A stretch of DNA of 64,000 nt. Source: an uncultured Verrucomicrobia subdivision 3 bacterium. Its GTDB lineage: Bacteria; Verrucomicrobiota; Verrucomicrobiia; Limisphaerales; UBA11358. Position 1 is the stretch's first letter. Every line of letters begins with the position of its first letter. Positions 8,946 through 19,012 of this stretch are shown one piece after another. Location: NCBI GenBank assembly GCA_903835255.1, contig CAILMI010000026.1, positions 2,740-66,739 of the forward strand. The letters are read 5' to 3'. A program made the position numbers and the translations under genes. Below the pieces are notes generated by a model, which was not told the origin of the DNA, ran no database searches, and saw only the letters and a program-made list of their open reading frames with translations.

Positions 8946-9263
8946 TCAGTGCATCTGGGTGCCGACCGGGAAATCGCCCATGGCCCAGAGGGTCAGACCC
9001 ATCAGGACGGCGAAAAAAAACACCGTGAAGGCCAGCAGGGCGTAGATCATTTTCTTCTCGGACAGCAAATGCATGAGGAAGCCGGCGACGACGAAGGCGT
9101 TGACGCAGGCCACGGCGAGGATGAGGGCGACCTTGGCCGGCCACCCATAATGCGGCAGGAAGGAGATGCCGATCATCAGCGCCGTGGTGCACACCACGGC
9201 GATGAAAACATAGACACAGCGCCGGACGTACGCGGAATACTCCACAGGATGGGATTCGCTCAT
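8946..9263 (-). CDS. ctaF: Cytochrome c oxidase subunit IV family protein
   Basis: Three TM helices, FLMHL motif, position after subunit III. Confidence 0.75.
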   Translation of the reverse strand: MSESHPVEYSAYVRRCVYVFIAVVCTTALMIGISFLPHYGWPAKVALILAVACVNAFVVAGFLMHLLSEKKMIYALLAFTVFFFAVLMGLTLWAMGDFPVGTQMH

Positions 9264-9269
9264 AAATTT

Positions 9270-10139
9270 TTACATTAAATAAAGGACCGGGAACAGGAAG
9301 ATCCAGACCAGGTCCACAAAATGCCAGAACAACCCGGAAATCTCGATCCGGTTGGTGAACCGCTCGGGATCGGTCGCCCACATTTTCCGGCCCGGGCCCC
9401 ACAGGTAGCCGATGACCAGGGTGCCGCCCAGAATGTGCAGGGCGTGCAGGCCGGTGAGGGTGAAATAAATGGCAAGGAAGGTGTTGTGCCAGGGCCCGTA
9501 ATTTTCCATGGACTTGATGTGCGCGCGCTCCACCGTGACGCTTCCGTGCTCGATGTGCTTCTGCGCCCGCAAATCCATGAGATCTTTTTCATCGGTCACA
9601 ATGCGCCCCTCCAGCGTCACCGATTCTAATTCGTAATGATGGGTGACGCCCTCGGACACCTTGGAAAAGGCATTGCCGCGGTAGCGGTGCTCCTCCACTT
9701 CCTGGTGCGTGGCTTGATCCACATACACCGCGCTTTCAAAATGGCCGTCGGCAAACCGCCCATCCGTCATCTTGATTTCATAATGGATCCACTTGTCGTG
9801 GTACTCGTACATTTTCACGCACAGGAACGTCAGCGCCAGCGCGATGGTGCAAGCGTGGAAAAACTTGAATTTACGGAAATTTCCGACCTTGCACGCGACC
9901 CACGCCAGCAGGGTCGTGATGGCTGAGAGCGCGAGGATGACGGTATTGAGCGTGCCGAGCCAGACATTGAGCCAGCCGTGCGGCCATTCGCCGGGGGCGG
10001 CCCCGACGCGGAGCAGCACATAAGCGGAGAAAAGGCCGCCGAAGAGCATCACTTCCGACGCCAAGAAAAGCCAGATGCCGAGCTTGGCGTTGTAAAGGCC
10101 GGTGTCCGGCCGGGGCTTGGAGGTATAGGGAATTTCCAT
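9270..10139 (-). CDS. ctaE: Cytochrome c oxidase subunit III with a soluble insertion
   Basis: WLFLASEVMLFGGLF, YFTLTGLHALH, WHFVDLVWIFLFP. Confidence 0.9.
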   Translation of the reverse strand: MEIPYTSKPRPDTGLYNAKLGIWLFLASEVMLFGGLFSAYVLLRVGAAPGEWPHGWLNVWLGTLNTVILALSAITTLLAWVACKVGNFRKFKFFHACTIALALTFLCVKMYEYHDKWIHYEIKMTDGRFADGHFESAVYVDQATHQEVEEHRYRGNAFSKVSEGVTHHYELESVTLEGRIVTDEKDLMDLRAQKHIEHGSVTVERAHIKSMENYGPWHNTFLAIYFTLTGLHALHILGGTLVIGYLWGPGRKMWATDPERFTNRIEISGLFWHFVDLVWIFLFPVLYLM

Positions 10140-10142
10140 GAA

Positions 10143-12017
10143 TCAATGTGCGGTTGCAGGGAGAGGTTTGTCCGCCGGCCCGGCCGGTTCATTCTGGGGG
10201 ATGAAATCCACCGCGTGCCCGGGCACGCTGTATTCGTACGGACCGTGGTGCACCTGCGGTTCGTGGGTGAAATTGCCGTGCGGCGGCGGCGTGGGGGTCT
10301 GCCACTCGAGCGTGGTGGCGTCCCAGGGATTATCATTCTTCACTTTTTCACCGTGCTTGATGCTCCAAAAGACATTGATGATGAAGGGGATTTGGGCGAT
10401 CCCCAGGCACATGGCGCCCCACAGGATGCCCGTGTGCAGCGATAGGATACTGTCGCTCAGACCGCCCACCGCATCCGCGCCCGCCTTGCTATTGACGGCG
10501 GCAGAATAGTTGGCGCCGCCGTCGGACATGCGCCGGAGCATGCCCGACATGCCCTGGAAGAACATGGGCAGGAAGACGACGTTCATGAACACGAAGGAAC
10601 CCCAGAAATGCACCCGGCCCCAGAACTCATTCATCATCCGCCCAGTCATTTTGGGATACCAATAATAAACGCCGGCAAACAGCGCGAAAATGGTTCCAGG
10701 CGCCACCACGTAATGGAAGTGGGCAATGATATAATAGGTGTCGTGCAGGTGCACGTCGCTGACGTTGAAGCCCAGCGGCAAACCCGTCAACCCCCCGATG
10801 CCGAACATCGGCAGGAACGCCAGGGCGAACAGCATCGGCGTGTTGAAGCGGATCGAGCCCCCCCAGAGCGAGATGAAAAAACACGTCAGGATGATGACCG
10901 AGGGGATGGAGATGATCATCGTCGTCGCTTGGAAGAAGGTGGAGATTTTCGTGCCCATGCCGGTCAGGTACATGTGGTGCGCCCAGACGATGAAGGACAG
11001 GAAGCCGACGGCCAGCACCGCGTACACAAGCGATTTGTAGCCCCAGATCGGCTTGCGAGTGTTGTTGGCAATGACCTCGCAGACAATGCCCATGGCCGGC
11101 AAAATCAGGACATACACCTCCGGATGTCCGAGGAACCAGAACAGATGCTGCCACAGCAGCGGGCTGCCGCCGCCGCTGACATTGGCCAGCTGGCCGCCCA
11201 CGGCCAGGCCGGTCGGCAAAAAGAAGCTCGTGTGGGCCACGTTGTCCATCAGCTGCATGACGGCGGCGGCTTCCAGCGGCGGGAACGCCAGCAGAAGAAT
11301 GAACGCCGTGACGAACTGGGTCCAGACAAACCAGGGCAGGCGCATCCATGTCATGCCCGGCGCCCGCAATTGAATGATGGTGGCGATGAAATTCGCCGCG
11401 CCCAGCAGCGAGGAGGTGATCAAGAAAATCATCCCGATGATCCAGAACAGCTGGCCGTCGGTGGGGATGGTCGTCGCCAGTGGCGAATACGAGGTCCATC
11501 CCGCCTGGGCCGCGCCGCCGGGAATAAAAAAGCTGACCAGCATGATTAGGCCGCCGATGAAATACGCCTGAAAGCTGGCCATGTTCAGCCGCGGAAAGGT
11601 CATGTCCGGCGCCCCGATCATCAGCGGCACCACGTAATTGCCGAACGCCGCAAAGGCCAGCGGCACGATGCCCAGGAACACCATGATTGTCCCGTGCATC
11701 GCCCCGAAGGAATTGTAGAGCTCCGGTGAAATCGCGCCGCCGGCGGCCACCTGGCCCAGCACCCGCTCCAGCAGCGGCCCGATGAAGGGCACCGGGATTC
11801 CCGGATGCGCAATCTGCCAGCGCATCAGGAGCATCAGCCCGAATCCGAACAGCATGAACAGCAGCGCGGTAATGCCGTATTGGATTCCGATGGTTTTATG
11901 GTCGGTGGAAAAAATGTATTTCTCCCAGAAGCCCGGCTCGGGATGAGCATGGTCGCCGTGACCGGAATGGGTGTCTGCCGGGCGGAACGGGGGGAATTGG
12001 TGAACGGTCGTTTCCAT
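10143..12017 (-). CDS. ctaD: Cytochrome c oxidase subunit I (A1-type heme-copper oxidase)
   Basis: HGTIM, GHPEVY, WAHHM, HDTYYIIAHFHY. Confidence 0.97.
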   Translation of the reverse strand: METTVHQFPPFRPADTHSGHGDHAHPEPGFWEKYIFSTDHKTIGIQYGITALLFMLFGFGLMLLMRWQIAHPGIPVPFIGPLLERVLGQVAAGGAISPELYNSFGAMHGTIMVFLGIVPLAFAAFGNYVVPLMIGAPDMTFPRLNMASFQAYFIGGLIMLVSFFIPGGAAQAGWTSYSPLATTIPTDGQLFWIIGMIFLITSSLLGAANFIATIIQLRAPGMTWMRLPWFVWTQFVTAFILLLAFPPLEAAAVMQLMDNVAHTSFFLPTGLAVGGQLANVSGGGSPLLWQHLFWFLGHPEVYVLILPAMGIVCEVIANNTRKPIWGYKSLVYAVLAVGFLSFIVWAHHMYLTGMGTKISTFFQATTMIISIPSVIILTCFFISLWGGSIRFNTPMLFALAFLPMFGIGGLTGLPLGFNVSDVHLHDTYYIIAHFHYVVAPGTIFALFAGVYYWYPKMTGRMMNEFWGRVHFWGSFVFMNVVFLPMFFQGMSGMLRRMSDGGANYSAAVNSKAGADAVGGLSDSILSLHTGILWGAMCLGIAQIPFIINVFWSIKHGEKVKNDNPWDATTLEWQTPTPPPHGNFTHEPQVHHGPYEYSVPGHAVDFIPQNEPAGPADKPLPATAH

Positions 12018-12020
12018 AAT

Positions 12021-12923
12021 TTATTTAAGTTTATCCCAGACCAGCAGCGCCAGCAGCAAGGGCAGGTAGAGGATGGAGGCGAAAAAGAGCTGCCGCGCCC
12101 GCGCCAGGGTCAGCTGCCGCGAAAACTGGATGGCGCTCCACAGAAAAGCCGCGCCCAACAGCAGCGCGCCGGCCAGATAAAACGTCCCCGCCATCCTGAA
12201 CACAAAGGGGAACAGGCTCACCGCTAGCAGCGCCAGCGTATTGCTCACGGCCTGCTGCCCCGTGCGCCGTCCGTCCGGATCCACCCCGGGCAGCATTTTG
12301 AATCCCGCCTTCGCATAGTCCTCCCGATACATCCAGGCAATGGCAAAGAAATGGGGCAGCTGCCAGAAAAATAAAATGGCGAACAAGGCCCACCCCTCAC
12401 TGCTCCACTCGCCGCGCGCCGCCGTCCACCCCATCAACGGCGGCAAGGCCCCGGGTACCGCCCCAATCACCGTGTTCAGCCAGGTCACCCGCTTGAGCGG
12501 CGTGTACAGAAAAAGATAGCTGACCAGCGTGATCGCGCCCAGAACACACGTCAGGAGGTTGACGGCCAGCGCCAGATACACCAGGCCAGCCACGGAACTC
12601 GCCCCACCAAAAATCATCACCGTCGTCGGCTGCATCCGGCCCGACGGCAGCGGACGGCTTTGGGTCCGGCGCATCCGGGCGTCATAATCGCGCTCCAGCA
12701 GCTGGTTCAACGCCGCTGCGCCGGCGGCCACCAGCGCCGTGGCGGCCAGCGTGTTGAACATCAGTGCAAAATTCATCGCCCCGCGCCACCCGAGATAAAA
12801 CCCGACCAACGTCGTCAGCAGCACAAGCGTGGTGAGGCGCGCCTTGACCAGATCGGCCCAGACGGCAGCCCAGCTTTTTTCGCCGGCGGCAGCATTTAAA
12901 ATGTCCGCGGAAACTTCTTTCAT
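12021..12923 (-). CDS. ctaB: Protoheme IX farnesyltransferase (heme O synthase)
   Basis: NQLLERDYDARMRRTQSRPLPSG, YTPLKR, WQLPHF. Confidence 0.95.
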   Translation of the reverse strand: MKEVSADILNAAAGEKSWAAVWADLVKARLTTLVLLTTLVGFYLGWRGAMNFALMFNTLAATALVAAGAAALNQLLERDYDARMRRTQSRPLPSGRMQPTTVMIFGGASSVAGLVYLALAVNLLTCVLGAITLVSYLFLYTPLKRVTWLNTVIGAVPGALPPLMGWTAARGEWSSEGWALFAILFFWQLPHFFAIAWMYREDYAKAGFKMLPGVDPDGRRTGQQAVSNTLALLAVSLFPFVFRMAGTFYLAGALLLGAAFLWSAIQFSRQLTLARARQLFFASILYLPLLLALLVWDKLK

Positions 12924-13975
12924 TTCATTGACGGGACCCCTGAAAAGGCCCCCACCCCGAACCCGCCGGAAGCTTGAACAGCCGAATCCGACGTGAAACG
13001 TCTAAAAGCAATAAGGCACGCCACGGCGCCTGTCACGAGCGAAAGCGCTCCCACCAGGACATGCCCGGTGGCCACGTCTGCCGCCTTGTTCGTCCAAATG
13101 GTCGCCGCCCCCAGCCCGACCTGCACCCCCATCAGCACCAACCAGAACAGGGTGAACCGGCTCAGGACATCCCCGCCCCCCCGCTGACGCCGCGACAGCA
13201 CAGCGCAGGCGGCTGTCAGAAACACAATGACCAGCGCCATGGCGCGATGCACCATCTGCAGCTGGATTTGAAAGGCGGTGACGGGAGCCTCCTCGGTGAC
13301 GGAAACGCGGCGGCTATTGTAAAGGGCGACGGCATCGGGGCTAGTGTCCGGCCATACTTTTCCGTAGGCCAGAGGGAAATCAGGAATGGCCAGCCCGGCG
13401 TGCTGATGCCGCATCGTCGCCGCAATAATTAATTGGGCGAAAATGATCAGCGTCGTGCAGAGCAGAAGGGTTTTTAGGCCGCTCGAAACAGAGGGAAGGG
13501 TTCCCCCTCTGATCCAAAAACGGCTGGTAAACAGTGTGATGGCGCAGAGCAGAACAAAAAACACCTGCGCCACGGTGGCGTGAAAGATTCCCAGCGAATC
13601 CATGTGCAATGTCACGCGCAGTCCGCCAAGGATGCCTTGCGCGATAACGCCGAGGAAAGCGGCCACACCAAGCCAGCGGAGCCAGCGCCGGGAATCCGAC
13701 ATCCAAATCCAAACGGCCAGCACCGTCGTGAGCAGGCCCACGGCCGAGGCCAGCAACCGGTGGGTGTGCTCATAGAAAATGCCGCCGACCCACTGTGAAA
13801 TCGGGAAGGTGAACATGTTGTAACCATACGTATTGGGCCAGTCCGGCACCGACATGCCCACGCCATAACTGGTCACCAAGCCGCCCAAACCCACCAATAA
13901 AAACGTGGTAAAGGCTGTAATCCCTGCAAACCGGAACATCCAGGGACGAATTATTGGGGGACTTGTTTTACTCAT
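12920..13975 (-). CDS. ctaA: Heme A synthase (COX15/CtaA)
   Basis: GMSVPDWP, EHTHR, QGILGG, HATVA, QMVHR. Confidence 0.9.
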   Translation of the reverse strand: MSKTSPPIIRPWMFRFAGITAFTTFLLVGLGGLVTSYGVGMSVPDWPNTYGYNMFTFPISQWVGGIFYEHTHRLLASAVGLLTTVLAVWIWMSDSRRWLRWLGVAAFLGVIAQGILGGLRVTLHMDSLGIFHATVAQVFFVLLCAITLFTSRFWIRGGTLPSVSSGLKTLLLCTTLIIFAQLIIAATMRHQHAGLAIPDFPLAYGKVWPDTSPDAVALYNSRRVSVTEEAPVTAFQIQLQMVHRAMALVIVFLTAACAVLSRRQRGGGDVLSRFTLFWLVLMGVQVGLGAATIWTNKAADVATGHVLVGALSLVTGAVACLIAFRRFTSDSAVQASGGFGVGAFSGVPSMK

Positions 13976-13990
13976 GCGTTTTACTCATGC
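13965..13990. repeat. 13-bp tandem duplication of the ctaA start region
   Basis: GTTTTACTCATGC x2. Confidence 0.9.
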
Positions 13991-14044
13991 CTGAAAACAG
14001 TCAGCACGTTCAACCGAACGGAGAATCAATTCTCCGGCCGGGGG

Positions 14045-14746
14045 TTATTTGGATTCAAAGGTGAATTGGGCGCTCGCTCCGGTCGCCCCGACCTCAATCT
14101 CCTGGGTTTGAACCCCGAGCTTGCGATGTGAGGCCTGCATCGTGTATTTGCCGGGCGGCACATTTTTAATGACAAAGCTTCCGTCCGTGCCGCTGACACA
14201 AAAATACGGACTGTCGAACACCGTCACCCAGGCGAACATCCACGGGTGCACATCGCATTGGAATTTCAAAAACGGCTCCGGATTGGCAAAGGTGTAGGTC
14301 AGGTCCGCGCCGCCCGGCATCTGAACATCGTTGGACTCCGGATTGCCCGCCGCAGTGGGCTTGGAATGAACATTGTGGACGCAGGCATCGGAGTTTTTGA
14401 CGACGATTTTCTGGCCTGTCTGCACCGCGACAATGGTCGGCAGATAGAGACAGCCTTTTTGGTCAATCACCACGGGCGGCGCGCCGGCGCCGGCAGCGGG
14501 TCCCGCCGCCCCCTTCAGGGACACCACCACATCCGCCAGTTCCCCCTTGGCTCCCACCACGTAAAACCGGGTCAGCGGAGCCTTGGTGTAGCCGGGGCTG
14601 CAATTCGGGTCATCCAAAATCGGCGTGATTTCCTTTTCACTGGGCGGCACGCCCTTGAAAACGACAGTTCCGGTGAGGTCGGCGGCGGTGGCAGCCGGCC
14701 CCACAGCCAGCATCGCGCCCAATAGGAAAAAAGAGAATATCTTCAT
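14045..14746 (-). CDS. Exported cupredoxin-like / carboxypeptidase-regulatory-like domain protein
   Basis: Signal peptide from ATG 14746 (MKIFSFFLL); DQKGCLY, HNVH, CDVHPWM motifs. Confidence 0.75.
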   Translation of the reverse strand: MKIFSFFLLGAMLAVGPAATAADLTGTVVFKGVPPSEKEITPILDDPNCSPGYTKAPLTRFYVVGAKGELADVVVSLKGAAGPAAGAGAPPVVIDQKGCLYLPTIVAVQTGQKIVVKNSDACVHNVHSKPTAAGNPESNDVQMPGGADLTYTFANPEPFLKFQCDVHPWMFAWVTVFDSPYFCVSGTDGSFVIKNVPPGKYTMQASHRKLGVQTQEIEVGATGASAQFTFESK

Positions 14747-15098
14747 AATTTCGTCGCCAAATTTAGCACCCTGAAACACCGGGTCAAGTTCTTCGTGAAT
14801 TTTTTCACAAGCGCCCCCGGAAAAACCTCCGCGCGCGCCCCCGCTGGCTGTTCTCAGGGCCCGAATCCACCTCGCAGGAACCTGAAAAAGCGGCCGAAGA
14901 CCGGTTTCGCCCCTGCAGCAGTTTTGAATGACGCCGCCGGCCAACCAGTTCTGGCAGGACGCCCTCCACCACCCTGCCGCCCGCAACACTCGCTACCCTC
15001 GCGGCAAAGCGATGAGGAATTGCATGTCTTGCGCCCTTCGACGATTGAATACCATTTCCGCTTTGGCTCGCGCGGCGTTAGTTGCTAGTTTCAAGCCG

Positions 15099-16727
15099 AT
15101 GCCGGACATCGTCCTCACTACCCTCAACGCCAAGTACAGCCATGCCGCGTTCGGACTGCGCTACCTGTACGCCAACCTCGGCGAGCTGCAGCCCCGCGCC
15201 GTCATCGCCGAATTTGACATCAACCTGCGCCCGCTCGATATCGCCGAGGCCCTGCTCGCACGCGAACCGCGCATCCTCGGCTTCGGCATCTACATCTGGA
15301 ACGTCGCGCAGACCACCGAGGTCATCGCCGCCCTCCGGCGCGTCCGGCCGGAAATCCTCATCATCCTCGGCGGCCCGGAAGTCAGCTACGAGACGGAGGG
15401 GCAGAAAATCGTGGAACTGGCCGACCACGTCATCACCGGCGAGGCGGACCTGAAATTTGCCGAGGTGTGCGAACAGTTGCTTTTGCCGGGGCGCAGATCC
15501 TCTCCAGCTTTGACTGAAAATCCCGGCTCAGTGGAAACCCGACCTGCCGCTGGCTTGCCAAAAATCATCGCCGCCGGTGTGCCAGACGTCTCGCGCCTCG
15601 CCCTGCCCTACGATTTTTACACGGAAGCGGATCTGGCGCATCGCATCGTGTACGTGGAGGCGTCGCGGGGCTGCCCTTTCACCTGTGAATTCTGCCTGTC
15701 GTCGCTCGACATCCCCGTGCGCCAGGTCCCGCTGGAGCCGTTTCTGGACGCGATGCAGCGCCTGCTGGACCGGGGATTAAAGCAGTTCAAGTTCGTGGAC
15801 CGCACCTTCAACCTGAACATCGCCACCAGCAAGGCGCTCCTGAAATTCTTCCTGGCGCGCCATCAGCCTGGGATGTTCTTCCATTTTGAGATGATCCCCG
15901 ACCGCCTGCCCGCCGAGCTGCGCACCGTGATCGCCCAGTTCCCCCCCGGATCGCTGCAGTTCGAGGTGGGAATCCAGACGTTCAATCCGGCGGTCGGCGC
16001 GCTCATCAGCCGCCGCCAGAATTACGAGCGGCTCGCGGACAATTTCCATTTCCTGCGGAACGAAACGCGCGTCCACATCCATGCGGACCTGATCGTGGGA
16101 CTGCCCGGGGAAACGCTGGAAAGCTTTGGCGCCGGGTTCGACCGGCTCCTCGCGCTCGGCCCGCAGGAAATCCAGGTCGGGATCCTGAAACGGCTGAGGG
16201 GCACGCCCATCATCCGGCACGACGCGGAGTGGCAGATGGTTTACGGCGCCCCTCCGCCCTACGAGATTTTGCAGAATAAGCTGCTCGATTTCGCCACACT
16301 GCAGCGGCTGCGCCGCTTCGCAAAATACTGGGACCTGATCGGCAACAGCGGCAACTTCGTGGCCGTCGCCCCGCTGATCTGGGCCGCCGCGGGACCCGGC
16401 GCCCGGCAGGCCCCGGGAGACGAGAAGGCGCCGCCACCGTCGCCGTTTCAGGCCTTCCTCCGGCTCAGCGACTGGCTTCATGCCCGGCTCGGGCGCACCG
16501 ACAGCATCGCGCTGGCGCGGCTGATGGAAGGGCTATTTGAATTCCTCACCCGCGAACGGGGGCACGATTCCGGCCGGGTGATCGAAGCTTTCCGGGAAGA
16601 CGGGCGGCGGACCGGCCGGCGCGAGACCCCCGCCTTCCTGAAGGAATCCGGGACGGCCGATAGGGCCGATGTCCGCGTCCGCGACCGGTCGCTGCCCAAA
16701 CGCCAGGCACGGCATTGGGCGCCATGA
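15099..16727 (+). CDS. B12-binding radical SAM protein (DUF4080-type C-terminus)
   Basis: LNAKYSH, ILGGPEVSYE, SRGCPFTCEFCLS (CxxxCxxC), FVDRTFN; ATG 15099 follows a -10 box. Confidence 0.85.
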   Translation: MPDIVLTTLNAKYSHAAFGLRYLYANLGELQPRAVIAEFDINLRPLDIAEALLAREPRILGFGIYIWNVAQTTEVIAALRRVRPEILIILGGPEVSYETEGQKIVELADHVITGEADLKFAEVCEQLLLPGRRSSPALTENPGSVETRPAAGLPKIIAAGVPDVSRLALPYDFYTEADLAHRIVYVEASRGCPFTCEFCLSSLDIPVRQVPLEPFLDAMQRLLDRGLKQFKFVDRTFNLNIATSKALLKFFLARHQPGMFFHFEMIPDRLPAELRTVIAQFPPGSLQFEVGIQTFNPAVGALISRRQNYERLADNFHFLRNETRVHIHADLIVGLPGETLESFGAGFDRLLALGPQEIQVGILKRLRGTPIIRHDAEWQMVYGAPPPYEILQNKLLDFATLQRLRRFAKYWDLIGNSGNFVAVAPLIWAAAGPGARQAPGDEKAPPPSPFQAFLRLSDWLHARLGRTDSIALARLMEGLFEFLTRERGHDSGRVIEAFREDGRRTGRRETPAFLKESGTADRADVRVRDRSLPKRQARHWAP

Positions 16728-16795
16728 GAGGCGGGAGACGGGAGAATCCCGCTATGCAAGATTGCGCTGCGCTGATTTCCTATTAATCTGCGCCC

Positions 16796-17779
16796 ATGAA
16801 ATATCGCACTCTGGGCCGGACCGGCTGGAAGGTCTCTGAGATCAGTTTCGGCGGCTGGGCCATCGGCGGCGGCTGGGGCGACGTGAGCGACGCCGAATCG
16901 ATGGGCGCGCTCCACGCGGCACTCGACGGCGGCGTGAACTTTTTTGACACGGCAGACTGCTATGGCGACGGCCGCAGCGAACGGCTGCTGGCGAAACTGC
17001 GCAGGGAACGGAAGGAGAATTTTTACATCGCCACCAAAGCCGGTCGCCGGCTCAACCCGCACGTGGCCGACGGCTACAACCGCAAGAACCTCACCGCCTT
17101 CGTTAACCGCAGCCTGAAGAACCTGAACACCGACGCGCTCGACCTTCTGCAATTGCACTGTCCGCCGACGGAAGTTTTTTACCGCCCGGAAGTGTTCGGC
17201 GTCCTAGACGACCTCGTGAAAGCCGGCAAGGTGCAGCATTACGGGGTGAGCGTGGAAAAAGTCGAAGAGGCGCTAAAAGCCATCGAGTACCCAGAGGTGA
17301 AAACGGTGCAGATCATCTTCAATCTATTCCGGCAGCGCCCGTCGGAGCTGTTCTTCGGAGAGGCGCAACGGCGGAAGGTCGGCATCCTCGCGCGCGTGCC
17401 GCTGGCCTCAGGCCTGCTGTCGGGCAAACTGAATCGCGCGAGCCGGTTCGCGGCGGATGACCATCGCCGCTACAACCGGCACGGCGAAGCGTTCGACCGC
17501 GGGGAAACCTTCGCCGGCGTGGACTACGACACGGGCCTGCGCGCGGTCAGGGCGTTGCGCCCGCTGGTACCGCCGGGCGCGACGCTGGCGCAACTGGCCC
17601 TGCGCTGGATCCTAGAATTCCCGGCGGTGACCTGCGCAATCCCCGGCGGCAAGCGCCCGGCGCAGGTGACGGACAACCTCGCCGCATCGGACCTGCCGCA
17701 TCTGTCCGCCGGCACGCTCCGGAAAATCCGCGCGATCTATGAGGCGGAGATTCGCCCGCTGGTCCAGCATTACTGGTGA
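16796..17779 (+). CDS. Aldo/keto reductase
   Basis: LGRTGWKVSEISFG, FDTADCYG, ATKAG, LLQLH, ARVPLASGLL. Confidence 0.92.
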   Translation: MKYRTLGRTGWKVSEISFGGWAIGGGWGDVSDAESMGALHAALDGGVNFFDTADCYGDGRSERLLAKLRRERKENFYIATKAGRRLNPHVADGYNRKNLTAFVNRSLKNLNTDALDLLQLHCPPTEVFYRPEVFGVLDDLVKAGKVQHYGVSVEKVEEALKAIEYPEVKTVQIIFNLFRQRPSELFFGEAQRRKVGILARVPLASGLLSGKLNRASRFAADDHRRYNRHGEAFDRGETFAGVDYDTGLRAVRALRPLVPPGATLAQLALRWILEFPAVTCAIPGGKRPAQVTDNLAASDLPHLSAGTLRKIRAIYEAEIRPLVQHYW

Positions 17780-17860
17780 GATCGCGCCGGGCGGCACAGA
17801 GCCCTGAGCGGACGTCAAAGCCCCTTGCTCCCCTGCCCGGGTTGCGTTAATTTGCGCCCC

Positions 17861-19009
17861 ATGGAATCCTCTTTTTCCACACCCGGCGCCCCGCCGCCGC
17901 TGATCACTCCGCCGCCCGTCATCACCCCGCCGCCCTCGTCCCGGCCGCGCCGGCGCCGGGGCTGGATGATTGCCGCCCTCGTTTTAATCCTGCTGCTGGG
18001 GTTCAGCCTGCTCGGCAACCTCTCGCAGTTCGTTTCCCACACGCTGAGCGGCGGCTTGAGCCGCAGCCTGAAGAACAGTGCGGCGCACGAGTCCGGCCCG
18101 CGGCTAGAGGAGGTCGTGCTGGAGGATAACGGATCGCACTACAAGATCGCGGTCATCTCAGTGGACGGGATTATCACCCGCCGTGGTGCCGATGCGGGAG
18201 GACACGACATGGTGGAGGTGATCAAGGCCCAGCTCGACCGGGCGCGGGAGGACAATCGGGTCAAAGCCGTGATCCTGAAAGTGGATTCGCCCGGGGGCGA
18301 GGTGATGGCCTCGGACGACATCAGCAAAGCCATCGCCTATTTCCAAGCGGACACGAAGAAGCCGGTGATCTGCTCGATGGGCAGCCTTGCGGCGAGCGGC
18401 GGCTATTACATTTCGGCCCCCTGCCGCTGGATTGTGGCCAACGACCTGACCATTACCGGGAGCATCGGAGTGATCATGCACGGCTATAACTTCCGGGGAC
18501 TGATGGATAAGGTCGGGGTGGCCCCGATGACCTATAAGAGCGGCAAGTACAAAGACATGCTGAGCCCTGACCGCAGCACCAACGATATCCCGCCGGAGGA
18601 ACACGCCATGGTGCAGGCGTTGATTGACGAAACCTTTCAGAAGTTCAAGGGCGTGGTGCGCGCGGGACGGGCGGCCGCCCACGAGAAAAATAAGGCGGAA
18701 GGCAGGGCCCTGGCCGCCAACTGGGAGGATTCCGCCGACGGACGCGTGCTGTCCGGCACCCAGGCGCTCACGCTCGGCTTCGTGGACCAGGTGGGCGATT
18801 TCGACGACGCGGTGGATCGCACGGAAAAGATTGCGCGCCTGACTAACGCGAATCTGATCGAATACCGCGAACACTATGACCTGTCAGATTTTCTCTCCCT
18901 GTTCAGCCAGAGCGGCGCGGCCTCCTCGGTGAAAATCGACCTCGGCCTCGACATTCCCAAGCTCCGGGCGGGATGCATGTATTTCCTCTGGCAGACGCCG
19001 GAAAACTGA
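17861..19009 (+). CDS. sppA: Signal peptide peptidase SppA (peptidase S49)
   Basis: VDSPGG, AASGGYY, TGSIGV, SGKYKD; N-terminal TM. Confidence 0.92.
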   Translation: MESSFSTPGAPPPLITPPPVITPPPSSRPRRRRGWMIAALVLILLLGFSLLGNLSQFVSHTLSGGLSRSLKNSAAHESGPRLEEVVLEDNGSHYKIAVISVDGIITRRGADAGGHDMVEVIKAQLDRAREDNRVKAVILKVDSPGGEVMASDDISKAIAYFQADTKKPVICSMGSLAASGGYYISAPCRWIVANDLTITGSIGVIMHGYNFRGLMDKVGVAPMTYKSGKYKDMLSPDRSTNDIPPEEHAMVQALIDETFQKFKGVVRAGRAAAHEKNKAEGRALAANWEDSADGRVLSGTQALTLGFVDQVGDFDDAVDRTEKIARLTNANLIEYREHYDLSDFLSLFSQSGAASSVKIDLGLDIPKLRAGCMYFLWQTPEN

Positions 19010-19012
19010 GCG

